Assembly: GCF_013372265.1 (NCBI RefSeq)
Contig: NZ_CP054051.1
Coordinates: 1,790,596 to 1,822,595 of the forward strand
Direction: 5' to 3'
DNA: 32,000 bases
Origin: Aliarcobacter cibarius
Lineage (GTDB): Bacteria > Campylobacterota > Campylobacteria > Campylobacterales > Arcobacteraceae
In this document: positions 1-8,738 of the stretch, piece after piece
How the letters are laid out: every line of letters begins with the position of its first letter
Position numbering within the stretch: the stretch's first letter is position 1
The notes under the pieces: model-generated
Seen by the model: only the letters and a program-made list of their open reading frames with translations
What the model was told of the DNA's origin: nothing
Database searches by the model: none
Translations under genes and position numbers: made by a program

Positions 1-338
1 ATTCATCAAATGATATTGATATTTTAGATAAACCCATGCTTTTAAATTTAAAAGACAAAGGAATATTAAAAGATAGTTTTGAGAAAGAATGTTTTGAGGA
101 TGAATTCTATATTGATACTATTAGCGTATTAAAAAAGTACCAAGGACAAGGTATTGCAAAGGAGTTTTTCAACTTTGCTTTCAAAAAAGCAAAAGAGTTA
201 GGGTATAAAAAAGTTTCACTTTTAGTTGATTTTAAAAAAGAAAAAGCAAAAAATCTGTATTTAAAAATGGGTTTTGAAGATAATGATAAATTAGTTGTAG
301 CAGGAAATGATTTTCATCATATGATAAAGTGGATTTAA
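1..338 (+). CDS. GNAT-family N-acetyltransferase, C-terminal part (5' end is outside the window)
   Basis: The reading frame of the 36..338 ORF stays open back to base 3, so the gene starts upstream of the window. The translation has the acetyl-CoA-binding core QGQGIAKEFF..AKELGYKKVSLLV and the C-terminal NLYLKMGFE typical of GNAT enzymes. Confidence 0.8.
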   Translation, partial: SSNDIDILDKPMLLNLKDKGILKDSFEKECFEDEFYIDTISVLKKYQGQGIAKEFFNFAFKKAKELGYKKVSLLVDFKKEKAKNLYLKMGFEDNDKLVVAGNDFHHMIKWI

Positions 339-357
339 AATTTAAAACCACTTTATC
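323..357. terminator. Hairpin between the convergent GNAT and znuA genes; possible bidirectional terminator
   Basis: The 10-bp inverted repeat GATAAAGTGG (323-332) / CCACTTTATC (348-357) flanks an A/T loop and spans the GNAT stop codon at 336-338. The loop is long (15 nt), so this is only a moderate candidate. Confidence 0.35.
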
Positions 358-369
358 ACTATTTATAAA

Positions 370-1263
370 CTATTTATAACTATTTGCTATCTCTTTTGCA
401 ACAGTTAATAAATTATTATGCCAATCATCAGTTAGTGGATTAATGGCAACCACATTTCCACCTATATTATTTGAGATAGTTTTTGCACTATTTTGAGAAA
501 ATTGTGGTGATACAAAAATGATTTTTATATCATGTTTTTTTGCCTCTTCTACAAGTTTTACTAACTCATTTGGTTTAGGTTCTTTTCCTTCAACTTCAAT
601 AGAAATTTGTTCTATTTCATATCGTGCAGCAAAATATCCCCAAGATGGATGAAAAACCATAAAAGCTTTATCTTTATATGGTGCTAAAATATTTTTTATT
701 TCTGAGTCTAAAGAATCTAACTCTTTTATAAACTCTTCATAATTAGTTTTATAAAAATCACTATTTTGTGCATCAATTTTTATCATAGCTTCATAAATAT
801 TTTTTGCTTGGATTTTAACTAATATTGGATCTAGCCAAATATGTGGGTCAACTCCACTATGATCATGTTTATCTTCTTCATGCTCATGCTTATGACCTTT
901 GTGCTTATCTTCTTTTTCTTCATGATGTTCATGTGCTACCATCTCTATTTTTTCTACTCCAACAGTAGTATCAACAAAAGTAGTATTTTTTGCATTTTGT
1001 TTAAACTTTTTTATCCAAGCTTTTTCACTAGGCTCACCTATCAAAAAGTATGCTTTTGAGTTAAATAAAGCTTTCATTGCTGAAGGTTTTGGCTCAAAAT
1101 TATGTGGAGAACTTCCTGGAGGAACCATTACATTTACACTAAATTTATCTTTAACAATTTTTTCTACAAAATATTTTTGTGGTAAAATTGTAACTGTTAC
1201 TTCTTGATTCGATGCAAACAAACTCGAAAACAAAATAGAAACAATAAATATAATTTTTTTCAT
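370..1263 (-). CDS. znuA: Periplasmic zinc-binding protein of a ZnuA-type (cluster A-I) metal ABC transporter
   Basis: N-terminal signal peptide (MKKIIFIVSILFSSLFA). Central His/Glu/Asp-rich loop HEHHEEKEDKHKGHKHEHEEDKHDH, characteristic of ZnuA. Flanking DPHIWLDP and FHPSWGYF motifs of the ZnuA/TroA family. ATG preceded by AAAGGA. Divergent from a Fur-family regulator gene. Confidence 0.85.
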   Translation of the reverse strand: MKKIIFIVSILFSSLFASNQEVTVTILPQKYFVEKIVKDKFSVNVMVPPGSSPHNFEPKPSAMKALFNSKAYFLIGEPSEKAWIKKFKQNAKNTTFVDTTVGVEKIEMVAHEHHEEKEDKHKGHKHEHEEDKHDHSGVDPHIWLDPILVKIQAKNIYEAMIKIDAQNSDFYKTNYEEFIKELDSLDSEIKNILAPYKDKAFMVFHPSWGYFAARYEIEQISIEVEGKEPKPNELVKLVEEAKKHDIKIIFVSPQFSQNSAKTISNNIGGNVVAINPLTDDWHNNLLTVAKEIANSYK

Positions 1264-1275
1264 ATTTTTCCTTTA

Positions 1276-1294
1276 AATGCAACCTGGTTGCAAA
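1276..1294. promoter_or_regulatory. Perfect palindrome in the znuA / Fur-family divergent intergenic region; candidate Zur operator
   Basis: TGCAACC-T-GGTTGCA (1278-1292) is a perfect 7-1-7 inverted repeat embedded in AATGCAACCTGGTTGCAAA. It lies 15 bp upstream of the znuA start codon on the opposite strand. Confidence 0.4.
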
Positions 1295-1324
1295 ATTTTA
1301 AGAATTTTAATCATTTAATCCTTT

Positions 1325-1343
1325 AATGCAACTTAGTAGCATT
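1325..1343. promoter_or_regulatory. Second, imperfect inverted repeat sharing the AATGCAAC half-site
   Basis: AATGCAAC-TTA-GTAGCATT has arms that differ at one position. It has the same CTTTAA(A)TGCAAC left context as the first site and overlaps the first ATG (1326) of the regulator ORF. Confidence 0.25.
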
Positions 1344-1751
1344 TTTAATCCTCTTTTTGATAAACTAGCACTTATGGATAATTTAACAAAAAAAAATAAT
1401 ATTTCTAATATTAAATTAACGACAGCTAGAAAGTCTATTCTAGACATTTTAGTGAATTCAAATAAGCCTCTTTGCTATGAAGACTTAAAAGACAAAATAA
1501 TTATGGATAAAGCAACGTTTTATAGGAATATAAGCTTTTTTGAAGAACAAAATCTTATAAATTCTTTTGAATCAAATGACAAAAAACGATATTTTGAAAT
1601 AAAAGATAAAGAACATATTCACTTTATTTGCTCAAATTGCTCAACAATTGAATGTATATATCAAAAACCAAACTTTTCTTTAGATGGATATAAAATAGAT
1701 ACAATAATTTTAAAAGGAAAATGTAAGGAGTGCAATCTTAATGAACAATAA
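1326..1751 (+). CDS. zur: Fur-family metalloregulator, probably the zinc uptake regulator Zur
   Basis: Winged-helix region (TTARKSILDILVNSNKPLCYEDLKDKI...ATFYRNISFFEEQNLI). Two CxxC pairs (CSNCSTIEC and CKEC) typical of the structural Zn site of Fur-family proteins. The Zur assignment rests only on the divergent znuA. The true start may be ATG 1374 (MDNLTKK...). Confidence 0.65.
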   Translation: MQLSSIFNPLFDKLALMDNLTKKNNISNIKLTTARKSILDILVNSNKPLCYEDLKDKIIMDKATFYRNISFFEEQNLINSFESNDKKRYFEIKDKEHIHFICSNCSTIECIYQKPNFSLDGYKIDTIILKGKCKECNLNEQ

Positions 1752-2955
1752 GTTTTTTGGTAGCAGACAATTACAACAAATTCTGAAAGTTAAAGAGAAG
1801 TATGAATTTATAAAAAACTTCATATCTGTTGAAACATTAAGTGGATTTATTTTATTTACTGTAACAGTTTTTGCTGTAATTATTGCAAATTCTAGTTATT
1901 CTGACTTTTACTTTGATATTTTAAAAAGTCCTATTTCTATTGGATTTGGAGAAAGTAGTTTCTCTATGAGTACGCTTCATTGGATAAATGATGTTTTAAT
2001 GGCAATATTTTTTCTAGTAGTTGGCTTAGAGATAAAAAGAGATATGCTTGTCGGTGAACTTTCTAGTGTAAAAAAAGCATCTTTTCCAATAATTGCTGCT
2101 ATTGGTGGGATGATTATCCCAGCAGCTATTTACTTAAGCTTAAATAAAGAATATCCAACAGGTTTTGGAGTTCCCATGGCAACAGACATTGCTTTTGCAT
2201 TAGGGATTTTATTACTTTTAGGAAATCGTGTAAGTATGTCACTAAAACTATTTTTAGTAACACTAGCAGTTGTTGATGACTTAGGTGCTATTATTGTTGT
2301 TGCAATATTTTATACAAGTGAAATAAACTATTTATTCTTTATTCATGCTGGAATAACTTACTTACTTTTACTACTTCTAAATTATTTTAATGTTAAAAAA
2401 TTACTACCTTATTTAGTATTAGGTATTTTTTTATGGATTTTTGTACATAAAATCGGGATTCACTCTACGATTGCTGGTGTTTTATTAGCATTTACAATTC
2501 CATTAAAACAAAAAAATGAAACGGATACAAATAACGCTCCTTTAGTAAAATTAGAACATGCTTTACACAACTTTAGTGCCTTTTTAATAATGCCTATATT
2601 TGCTCTTGCAAATGCTGGAGTTATTATAGATTTTTCGAGTGTAATTGAACATAAGCAAATAGTCTTAGGTGTAGCGCTTGGTTTAGTTATTGGGAAACCA
2701 ATTGGAATTTTCCTATTTACTTATCTTGCAAATAGTTTAAAGATTGCGACAAAACCTGCAAATGTAACTTGGAGTGAAATAGTAGCAGTTGGATTTTTAG
2801 GAGGAATTGGATTTACTATGTCAATTTTTATTTCTCACTTAGCATTTAGCGATCCTTCTATTGTAAGTGCAGTAAAAATTGGTATTTTTGCTAGTTCTAT
2901 TACTGCTGCAATTATAGGAGTTATTCTTATACTTTCAAATAAAAAAAGAGTTTAA
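1741..2955 (+). CDS. nhaA: Na+/H+ antiporter NhaA
   Basis: About 12 TM segments and NhaA hallmark motifs: HWINDVLMAIFFLVVGLEIKRDML, PMATDIAFALGIL, VVDDLGAIIVVAIFY. The start ATG overlaps the regulator gene by 11 nt. Confidence 0.95.
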   Translation: MNNKFFGSRQLQQILKVKEKYEFIKNFISVETLSGFILFTVTVFAVIIANSSYSDFYFDILKSPISIGFGESSFSMSTLHWINDVLMAIFFLVVGLEIKRDMLVGELSSVKKASFPIIAAIGGMIIPAAIYLSLNKEYPTGFGVPMATDIAFALGILLLLGNRVSMSLKLFLVTLAVVDDLGAIIVVAIFYTSEINYLFFIHAGITYLLLLLLNYFNVKKLLPYLVLGIFLWIFVHKIGIHSTIAGVLLAFTIPLKQKNETDTNNAPLVKLEHALHNFSAFLIMPIFALANAGVIIDFSSVIEHKQIVLGVALGLVIGKPIGIFLFTYLANSLKIATKPANVTWSEIVAVGFLGGIGFTMSIFISHLAFSDPSIVSAVKIGIFASSITAAIIGVILILSNKKRV

Positions 2956-2963
2956 CTCTTTTT

Positions 2964-4082
2964 TTATTCCTTTATCAAATTTTCGTATCTTTTATCAGTT
3001 AATAGCCTCATAAATGCCACTAAAGCATCTATTTTTCTATCATTTTGAGCATTTGCTTTTAATTCTTTTAATGAAATTGTATCTTTGTGTTCAGGTTCAT
3101 CCCATGGTAAATTTGTTTCAGGATTTATGGTTCTTTCTTTATTATTATATTTATCGTAAAACTCTACTACAGTTCTTAAATCTTTAAATACTCCATTATG
3201 CATATATGGTGAAGTTACAGCTACATTTCGTAAAGTTGGAGTTTTATATTTTCCTATTTGGTTCTTATCATTTACATTTGAATTTGCTAAAAGTCCTAAA
3301 TCTTTATCTTTTACGCCATTTTTTTCTCTTAAACTTTTATTTTCTGGAATACCAATATTATGAAATTCGTAATTAGTAAAAGTTTCACCCTCTTTTCCTT
3401 CTCCTTTTAAAACATGGCAAGCTGCGCATGAATTATTATTATTTGAAAAAAATATAGACATACCTAAATCTTCAAGAGGAGTTAAATCATATTCTCCTTT
3501 TAGATATCTATCATATTTAGAATCAAAAGTTGAGAATTCATCACTTCTTTCGAAACTAGCAATTGCTTTTGTCATAGCTTCATAAGCAATTTTATCGTCA
3601 GAAAAAATATTTTCTCCAAAAAGTTTTTTGAAATTTTCAATATAAAATTCATTTTCTTTCAATCTTGAAACAGCTTCTTTTACATCTTTTAAACCCATTT
3701 CAATAGGATTTAAAGGTGGACCACCAGCTTGTTCTTCCAAACTATTTGCTCTTCCATCCCAAAATTGTCCTCCTTTATAAAGACCCTTTTTTTCATCAAA
3801 ATGAAAAGGTGGAGAAAATTTTGCATAAGATGCTGTAGGAGCTTGTCTATCACCTAAAGATTTTTTATCATCTCCCAAAGATGCCATTTTAGAAACTCCA
3901 TTTTCTCTATCATCAATAAATCCCACTTCTGGATTGTGACAAGTAGCACAGCTTTGAGTTCTATTTTTTGATAAATTCACATCAAAAAAAAGCATCCTTC
4001 CTAGTTCCTCTTTTGAAATATCATTTGCACTAAGAGTTGAAAGTATTAGTACGTTTGCTAAAATTAATTTTAAACTTTTCAA
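2964..4082 (-). CDS. Di-haem cytochrome c peroxidase family protein (CCP/MauG family), secreted
   Basis: Signal peptide. Two haem c sites (CATCH and CAACH). CCP-family motifs GGQFWDGRA, PTLRNV, PYMHNG. TTG start at 4082 preceded by a perfect AAGGAGG 5 nt upstream. Confidence 0.85.
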   Translation of the reverse strand: MKSLKLILANVLILSTLSANDISKEELGRMLFFDVNLSKNRTQSCATCHNPEVGFIDDRENGVSKMASLGDDKKSLGDRQAPTASYAKFSPPFHFDEKKGLYKGGQFWDGRANSLEEQAGGPPLNPIEMGLKDVKEAVSRLKENEFYIENFKKLFGENIFSDDKIAYEAMTKAIASFERSDEFSTFDSKYDRYLKGEYDLTPLEDLGMSIFFSNNNNSCAACHVLKGEGKEGETFTNYEFHNIGIPENKSLREKNGVKDKDLGLLANSNVNDKNQIGKYKTPTLRNVAVTSPYMHNGVFKDLRTVVEFYDKYNNKERTINPETNLPWDEPEHKDTISLKELKANAQNDRKIDALVAFMRLLTDKRYENLIKE

Positions 4083-4983
4083 AATATCCTCCTTTTTTAA
4101 ATAAATTTACAAATGGTCGTAAATACAAATCTTTTACTGTTTTGTATTCGTTCATCTGATTTTTTCTAAGTCCAAATTTAAGAATTTTTACATCTTTTGA
4201 AAGAGCTAATGTTCCAAAAACTCTATCCCAAATAGCTATATATCCTCCATAATTTTTATTAAAATGCTTTTTATCATGATGAATTTGATGCTGTTTTGGA
4301 GATAAAAACCACCTTTCCATAAAAGAGAAATATGAAAAAGGTACATGAGAATGTCTTAAATTTGAACCAAAAATAGAAGTTATAAAAACAAAAATATTTA
4401 CTCCTAAAACCATATATATATTTATCTTTGCTCCAAAAAAATATATAAAAACGCCAGTTACAAAACCTATACTAATTGCATATCTAAGTCCAAATAAAAA
4501 ATTTTCAACTGGATGAACTCTATAAAAAGTTATAGGAGTTAAAACTTTTGCACTATGATGAACTTTATGAAACTCCCAAAGAAATGGTATTGTATGTAAA
4601 AATCTGTGTAACCAATATCTAGTAAAATCACTAAAAACAAATACTGCTAATGTGTATAAAAATACTATTTGTGTATAAGTAAATGAAGTAAAATCTATAA
4701 ATCCAAAATTTTCATATAAAAATTTATTCGTAAACAACGCAACACTTTTTGCACTCATAATAAAAGGAATAATTAAAAATAAATTAACTAAATTCGATAA
4801 AAAAAAGTATATATAATCAAGTTTTGCACTAGGATGTAACCAAAGTTTAGAAGATGTTATTAACTTTGTACTTTTTTTTGTGTAAAAATAATAAATTACT
4901 CCTAAAAATAGAGAACTTAATAAATAAAGCCAATAAACTCTTTTATTTGGATTATTTAAAAAATCTAGTGCAAGAAGTTCCAC
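4030..4983 (-). CDS. Fatty acid hydroxylase / sterol desaturase superfamily integral membrane di-iron enzyme
   Basis: Polytopic membrane protein with the three histidine boxes of the family (HRFLH, HKVHHS, HQIHHDKKH). GTG start at 4983 with GGAG upstream, 3 nt after the stop of the preceding gene. Confidence 0.8.
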   Translation of the reverse strand: MELLALDFLNNPNKRVYWLYLLSSLFLGVIYYFYTKKSTKLITSSKLWLHPSAKLDYIYFFLSNLVNLFLIIPFIMSAKSVALFTNKFLYENFGFIDFTSFTYTQIVFLYTLAVFVFSDFTRYWLHRFLHTIPFLWEFHKVHHSAKVLTPITFYRVHPVENFLFGLRYAISIGFVTGVFIYFFGAKINIYMVLGVNIFVFITSIFGSNLRHSHVPFSYFSFMERWFLSPKQHQIHHDKKHFNKNYGGYIAIWDRVFGTLALSKDVKILKFGLRKNQMNEYKTVKDLYLRPFVNLFKKGGYFEKFKINFSKRTNTFNS

Positions 4984-4986
4984 TTT

Positions 4987-5943
4987 TTAATCTCCATCTG
5001 CATCTAAAATATCTGGTTTAAGACCTAATTTTTCTATTATTGTTATGTAATATAAGTCATGAATCGAAGAAACTGTATCAAAAAGTTTTTTACCATTTGT
5101 GAAATCATCTTTTGGAAGACTTTTTAATATATCTTTTGCTTCATTTATACTATTTAAAACATTTTTTAAATCATTTAAAGCATTTTTTTCTTTTGCTAAA
5201 TCATTTAAATTTTTATACTCTTTTTGTTCAATTATCTCTTTTTGAGCTTCTAATATAGCATCAATTGCTTCAAAAGAGTTTTGACTTAAAAAATATTCAG
5301 CTCTATTATTTTTAGAATCATTTTTAAACTTACTTGATAAACCAGCAGAATTTCCTACTCTCCACTCTTTTAATCTGTAAGAAGATGCTATTAATGTATT
5401 AATTAATATTGCATTCTCTTCTTGAACACTTTTTGTAGGATTTTTCAAATAATCTTCATATGAAGATTTAATATCTTCTAAATTTAAAACTATTGACTTT
5501 AAAATCTCATTAGCTAACTCTTTTTCTCTATGGCTTAAACTTGATATACTATTTTTTGAATATAAAACATATTCTAAAGCATTTACTGTTTTAAATGAAT
5601 TTTTAAACAAAGCTGTTTTTATATCACTCTTACTGTCAATCACTCTTTGCATTTGAGAGTTTAAATCTTCTTTTAAATTATTAAAAACATCAACATACCT
5701 AGGAGTATCTAAGAACTCACTATTTATTTCACCTGCTAAATATATAGCTTCAACTTTTTTCCATGATCTTATGAAATTTGTAAAGTTTTTATCACTTATA
5801 TCTTTTTGCAAAATCTTTGCATCATCTATTGCTTTTTGTGTATCTACTATAGATACATTTTTTATAACACTTTGGAATATTGAATCTTGTGCACTTAAGC
5901 TCAATATAAATACAATAAATAATAAAAATATTTTTCTAACCAT
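4987..5943 (-). CDS. Imelysin-like periplasmic protein (second, His-less paralogue)
   Basis: Signal peptide and all-helical composition. The position after a DUF1111 gene matches known imelysin loci. The place of the GxHxxE motif is taken by NALEYVLY, so the Glu is kept and the His is lost. The family call is by context and weak similarity. Confidence 0.6.
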   Translation of the reverse strand: MVRKIFLLFIVFILSLSAQDSIFQSVIKNVSIVDTQKAIDDAKILQKDISDKNFTNFIRSWKKVEAIYLAGEINSEFLDTPRYVDVFNNLKEDLNSQMQRVIDSKSDIKTALFKNSFKTVNALEYVLYSKNSISSLSHREKELANEILKSIVLNLEDIKSSYEDYLKNPTKSVQEENAILINTLIASSYRLKEWRVGNSAGLSSKFKNDSKNNRAEYFLSQNSFEAIDAILEAQKEIIEQKEYKNLNDLAKEKNALNDLKNVLNSINEAKDILKSLPKDDFTNGKKLFDTVSSIHDLYYITIIEKLGLKPDILDADGD

Positions 5944-7307
5944 TATAACTCCTCTAAAAATTTAATTAATTTCTCTCTATCTTCAAGACTCAAAGCTTTA
6001 TAAGCCATTTGACTCTGTTTTGCTTCTCCACCATGCCACAAAATTGCTTCTTGAAAATCTCTTGCTCGACCATCATGAAGTAATCTTGCTTTAGTTTTAT
6101 TTATTTTTTCATGAAGAGTAATTCCCCAAAGTGGAGCTGTTCTCCATTCATTTCCATTTGCACTAAATTCAATTCTATTATCTGCTAAATCATCTCCCAT
6201 ATCATGTAAAAGAAAATCTGAAAAAGCAGATACTTCAAAACCTAATTTTGTTTTTAAACTGCCTACATGACATTTTGCACAACCAATATTCTCAAATATT
6301 TTATAACCTTCTTTATAATTTTCACTACTTTTATCAGCACTATATGTTTTTAAATTTTTTAAATAAAAAGTAATAGCATCTAACCTATGTTCAGGTAAAT
6401 CTATCTCATCTTTTGGTTTTGGGGCATATAAGCACTCTTTTTGAAAAAAAGTACATTTATCTTTAGGTTCAATAGTTGTAGTAAGCCCTATATCATTTGA
6501 GGCAGCAAATGATATTTGTTCTTTTAAATTTGCCACACTTGCTTTCCAAGTATATTTTCCAATTTCATATCGATTTGAAATAGGAGAATATACGTAATTT
6601 ACTTTTCCACTTATTCCATCATTGTTTAAATCTTCAAGATCTTGATTTTTTAAAATCTCTTCATCTAAAATCATATCAATAAGTGCCATGCCATTTAAGC
6701 TTTGAGCTATTCTAAAAGAAACAATTGTATCTTCTTCAATATTTCCATAATTTAAATTTTCTAAACTATATTTTGGTTTTTGAAGAATCACTCTTGTTCC
6801 ATCATTTAATATTTCATTTTTTTCTTCAAAATCAAGTTTTATATTTCCTTCAAAAGGAACTCCAAAAATCCCATTTATTGCTAATTGTTCACCATAAATA
6901 GGCTCTGGAATAAAACCTTTTTTCAAAAAAACTTCTTCATCTTTTTTTGAATCATTTTTTTCTTTAGATAATCTAGCTACTATAGCTCTAGATGTTGTAA
7001 AATCTTTATTAAAAAGATTTCCTCTTCCATTATTCGGATGACAACTCACACAGCTATTTGCATTAAATAAAGGTCCTAACCCATCTCTTGCTGTTGTAAT
7101 ACTTGGAGCTTTTACCCAAGGAATATTAAAAAAACTTCTTCCCAACATAAATATATCTTTTTCTTCATCAGTTAGCCCAGTAATAGATTTTAATAAAAGT
7201 TTTGAATCTTTTGAAGAAGATAAATAGTTTTTTTCAATATTAAAAGCAAAAAGCCCTAAGCAAAATATTGCTGATAGGGCTTTTAAAATTAATAGTTTTT
7301 TTAACAT
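5943..7307 (-). CDS. DUF1111-type di-haem oxidoreductase (putative peroxidase / thiol oxidoreductase)
   Basis: Signal peptide. Two CxxCH sites (CVSCHPNNGRG and CAKCHVG). C-terminal WRTAPLWG and LLHDGRA motifs typical of DUF1111. Its stop overlaps the next gene's start (TAATG). Confidence 0.8.
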   Translation of the reverse strand: MLKKLLILKALSAIFCLGLFAFNIEKNYLSSSKDSKLLLKSITGLTDEEKDIFMLGRSFFNIPWVKAPSITTARDGLGPLFNANSCVSCHPNNGRGNLFNKDFTTSRAIVARLSKEKNDSKKDEEVFLKKGFIPEPIYGEQLAINGIFGVPFEGNIKLDFEEKNEILNDGTRVILQKPKYSLENLNYGNIEEDTIVSFRIAQSLNGMALIDMILDEEILKNQDLEDLNNDGISGKVNYVYSPISNRYEIGKYTWKASVANLKEQISFAASNDIGLTTTIEPKDKCTFFQKECLYAPKPKDEIDLPEHRLDAITFYLKNLKTYSADKSSENYKEGYKIFENIGCAKCHVGSLKTKLGFEVSAFSDFLLHDMGDDLADNRIEFSANGNEWRTAPLWGITLHEKINKTKARLLHDGRARDFQEAILWHGGEAKQSQMAYKALSLEDREKLIKFLEEL

Positions 7308-7313
7308 TACTAT

Positions 7314-8660
7314 TTACAGCTTAGTCTCTTCTGGATCTGTTACATCATCAGTTGATAAAGATATATTATTTGCCTTTGCAACATTTACCATCTCATCACC
7401 TAATTTTCTAAGTTCATTTTTAAGTTTTACTAAAACTTTTGACATTTCATGTTCTGGTCTTATTTGATAATCAAAATGAGCTTCTGTTTTTGCAACTTTA
7501 TCGACTTGCTCTATCTTTTGCTCAATTGATTTCATCAAATTTATAACTCTAATTTTATCTTCACTATTTAAAGTATCAAGTAAACTCTTACCATATTTCT
7601 TACCATTATATGTAGAAGTTAAAATATTTTTAAATCCTTCATAATTTTTTGCTAAATCTCTATGTGTATTATCTGAAAAACAAGAGTGTTCATCCTCTTC
7701 ACTAGGAGTTAAAACAGCTACTGCTAATCTTTCATTTGCTAGTTCAGATTTAATAAAAACTCCCATACCTGCAATAATTTGTCTTATAGCATCAGATTGA
7801 TTGATATTCTTTTCTTTATCTTTTAATTTTCCTAAAAGAGCAGCTCTATAAAGTCCTGAAGTTCCATCAATACTTTTTTCCCAAGCACTTTTAACAGTTT
7901 GTAAATCTTGTACTAATTTTTCTGTTACAACTTTTAAATACTCTAATCTTCTTTTTGAATCTTTATCTGTTGTAAAATCACTAAGAGGTCTTTCTCCAGC
8001 TTTTAATGCTCCATTTGTAATTTTATCTTCTAAGAAATTGTTATAATCTTGATCTTGTCCCCATAGTAAAAACTCAATAGCATGATACCCAGTAGCAACA
8101 TTTGCTTCTCCACCATTTTCATTTAAATCTGTTAAAGCTTCAACTGTAATTTTTGTAACATCAACTTCCTTAGCTTCCTCACCACCAGGATTAAACTTAC
8201 CAACTGTATCAATTATATTTCCAGATGTTCTTTTTCCATCAGCATCAATAGTGTAATCAATAATATTTTCATCAAGTGGCCAAGCATTAATTTGTCCTTC
8301 TAATGCACCATAAGTTTCACTAACCCAACCATCTTCAGCATCTATTGGACCATTTGCAAGTCTAAAAATTTCTGTACTTCCATAAGATTCTCTGGCAATT
8401 AACCATGATTTTTTCGCTTCATCTAAATTAGATTGTGAAGGTTTAACTACAAATTTATTTATAGATTCTTGTAATTTTTTTGCATCTTTTAAAGCTTCTG
8501 AATAGTTATCAAAAGCAATATTTGAATAATTTTCAAGAAAATTTAATTCTTTTGATAAATTAATATCTTTAGTGTAATTTACTTTTTGCTCTGCAGTTAA
8601 ATTTAAAGCTAAAGCAGCAGTAATCGATAGGCTTATTAATATCTTTTTTCCAAATTTCAT
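7314..8660 (-). CDS. Imelysin (peptidase M75 / IrpA-like iron-regulated protein)
   Basis: Signal peptide. Canonical imelysin motif TGYHAIEFLLWGQD (GxHxxE) and the second conserved block EDEHSCFSDNTH. Confidence 0.85.
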   Translation of the reverse strand: MKFGKKILISLSITAALALNLTAEQKVNYTKDINLSKELNFLENYSNIAFDNYSEALKDAKKLQESINKFVVKPSQSNLDEAKKSWLIARESYGSTEIFRLANGPIDAEDGWVSETYGALEGQINAWPLDENIIDYTIDADGKRTSGNIIDTVGKFNPGGEEAKEVDVTKITVEALTDLNENGGEANVATGYHAIEFLLWGQDQDYNNFLEDKITNGALKAGERPLSDFTTDKDSKRRLEYLKVVTEKLVQDLQTVKSAWEKSIDGTSGLYRAALLGKLKDKEKNINQSDAIRQIIAGMGVFIKSELANERLAVAVLTPSEEDEHSCFSDNTHRDLAKNYEGFKNILTSTYNGKKYGKSLLDTLNSEDKIRVINLMKSIEQKIEQVDKVAKTEAHFDYQIRPEHEMSKVLVKLKNELRKLGDEMVNVAKANNISLSTDDVTDPEETKL

Positions 8661-8718
8661 AAAATTCCCTTCTATTTTGATTTAGAAATTAAATCAAAAA
8701 GATACTTTAACTTTACTT

Positions 8719-8738
8719 AAGAATGATAATAATTATCA
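8719..8738 (-). promoter_or_regulatory. Fur-box-like operator overlapping the promoter of the imelysin operon
   Basis: The minus strand reads TTGATAATTATTATCATTCTT. The 19-mer GATAATTATTATCATTCTT matches the classical Fur box GATAATGATAATCATTATC at 15 of 19 positions by my hand alignment. The core TGATAAT-A-ATTATCA (8724-8738) is a perfect 7-1-7 palindrome. It lies about 60-80 bp upstream of the imelysin ATG and overlaps a TTGATA -35-like hexamer. Confidence 0.6.

Noticed and set aside
880-960. Repetitive CAT/GAA/GAT-rich DNA that at first looked like a tandem repeat.
   Set aside because: It encodes the His/Glu/Asp-rich metal-binding loop of ZnuA on the minus strand. This is a known feature of that family, not a non-coding repeat.
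841-1059. Antisense and nested ORFs in the supplied track: 841..1059, 5771..5965, 8878..9081, 9185..9382, 10950..11192, 12076..12363, 13160..13555, 15955..16248, 18358..18636, 19434..19718, 24859..25065, 31084..31302, 31510..31770.
   Set aside because: Each lies entirely within, or is shadowed by, a longer ORF on the opposite strand that has clear family motifs. Their translations are F/L/S/I-rich low-complexity strings, which is what the reverse complement of K/E/N-rich AT-rich coding sequence produces. None has a convincing RBS.
2941-2965. Inverted repeat AAAAAAAGAGT-TTA-ACTCTTTTTTT between convergent nhaA and the peroxidase gene, and a similar A/T-only hairpin at 12078-12104, considered as terminators.
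   Set aside because: The stems are almost entirely A-T pairs and would be very weak. They may help termination, but I could not support them as confident features.
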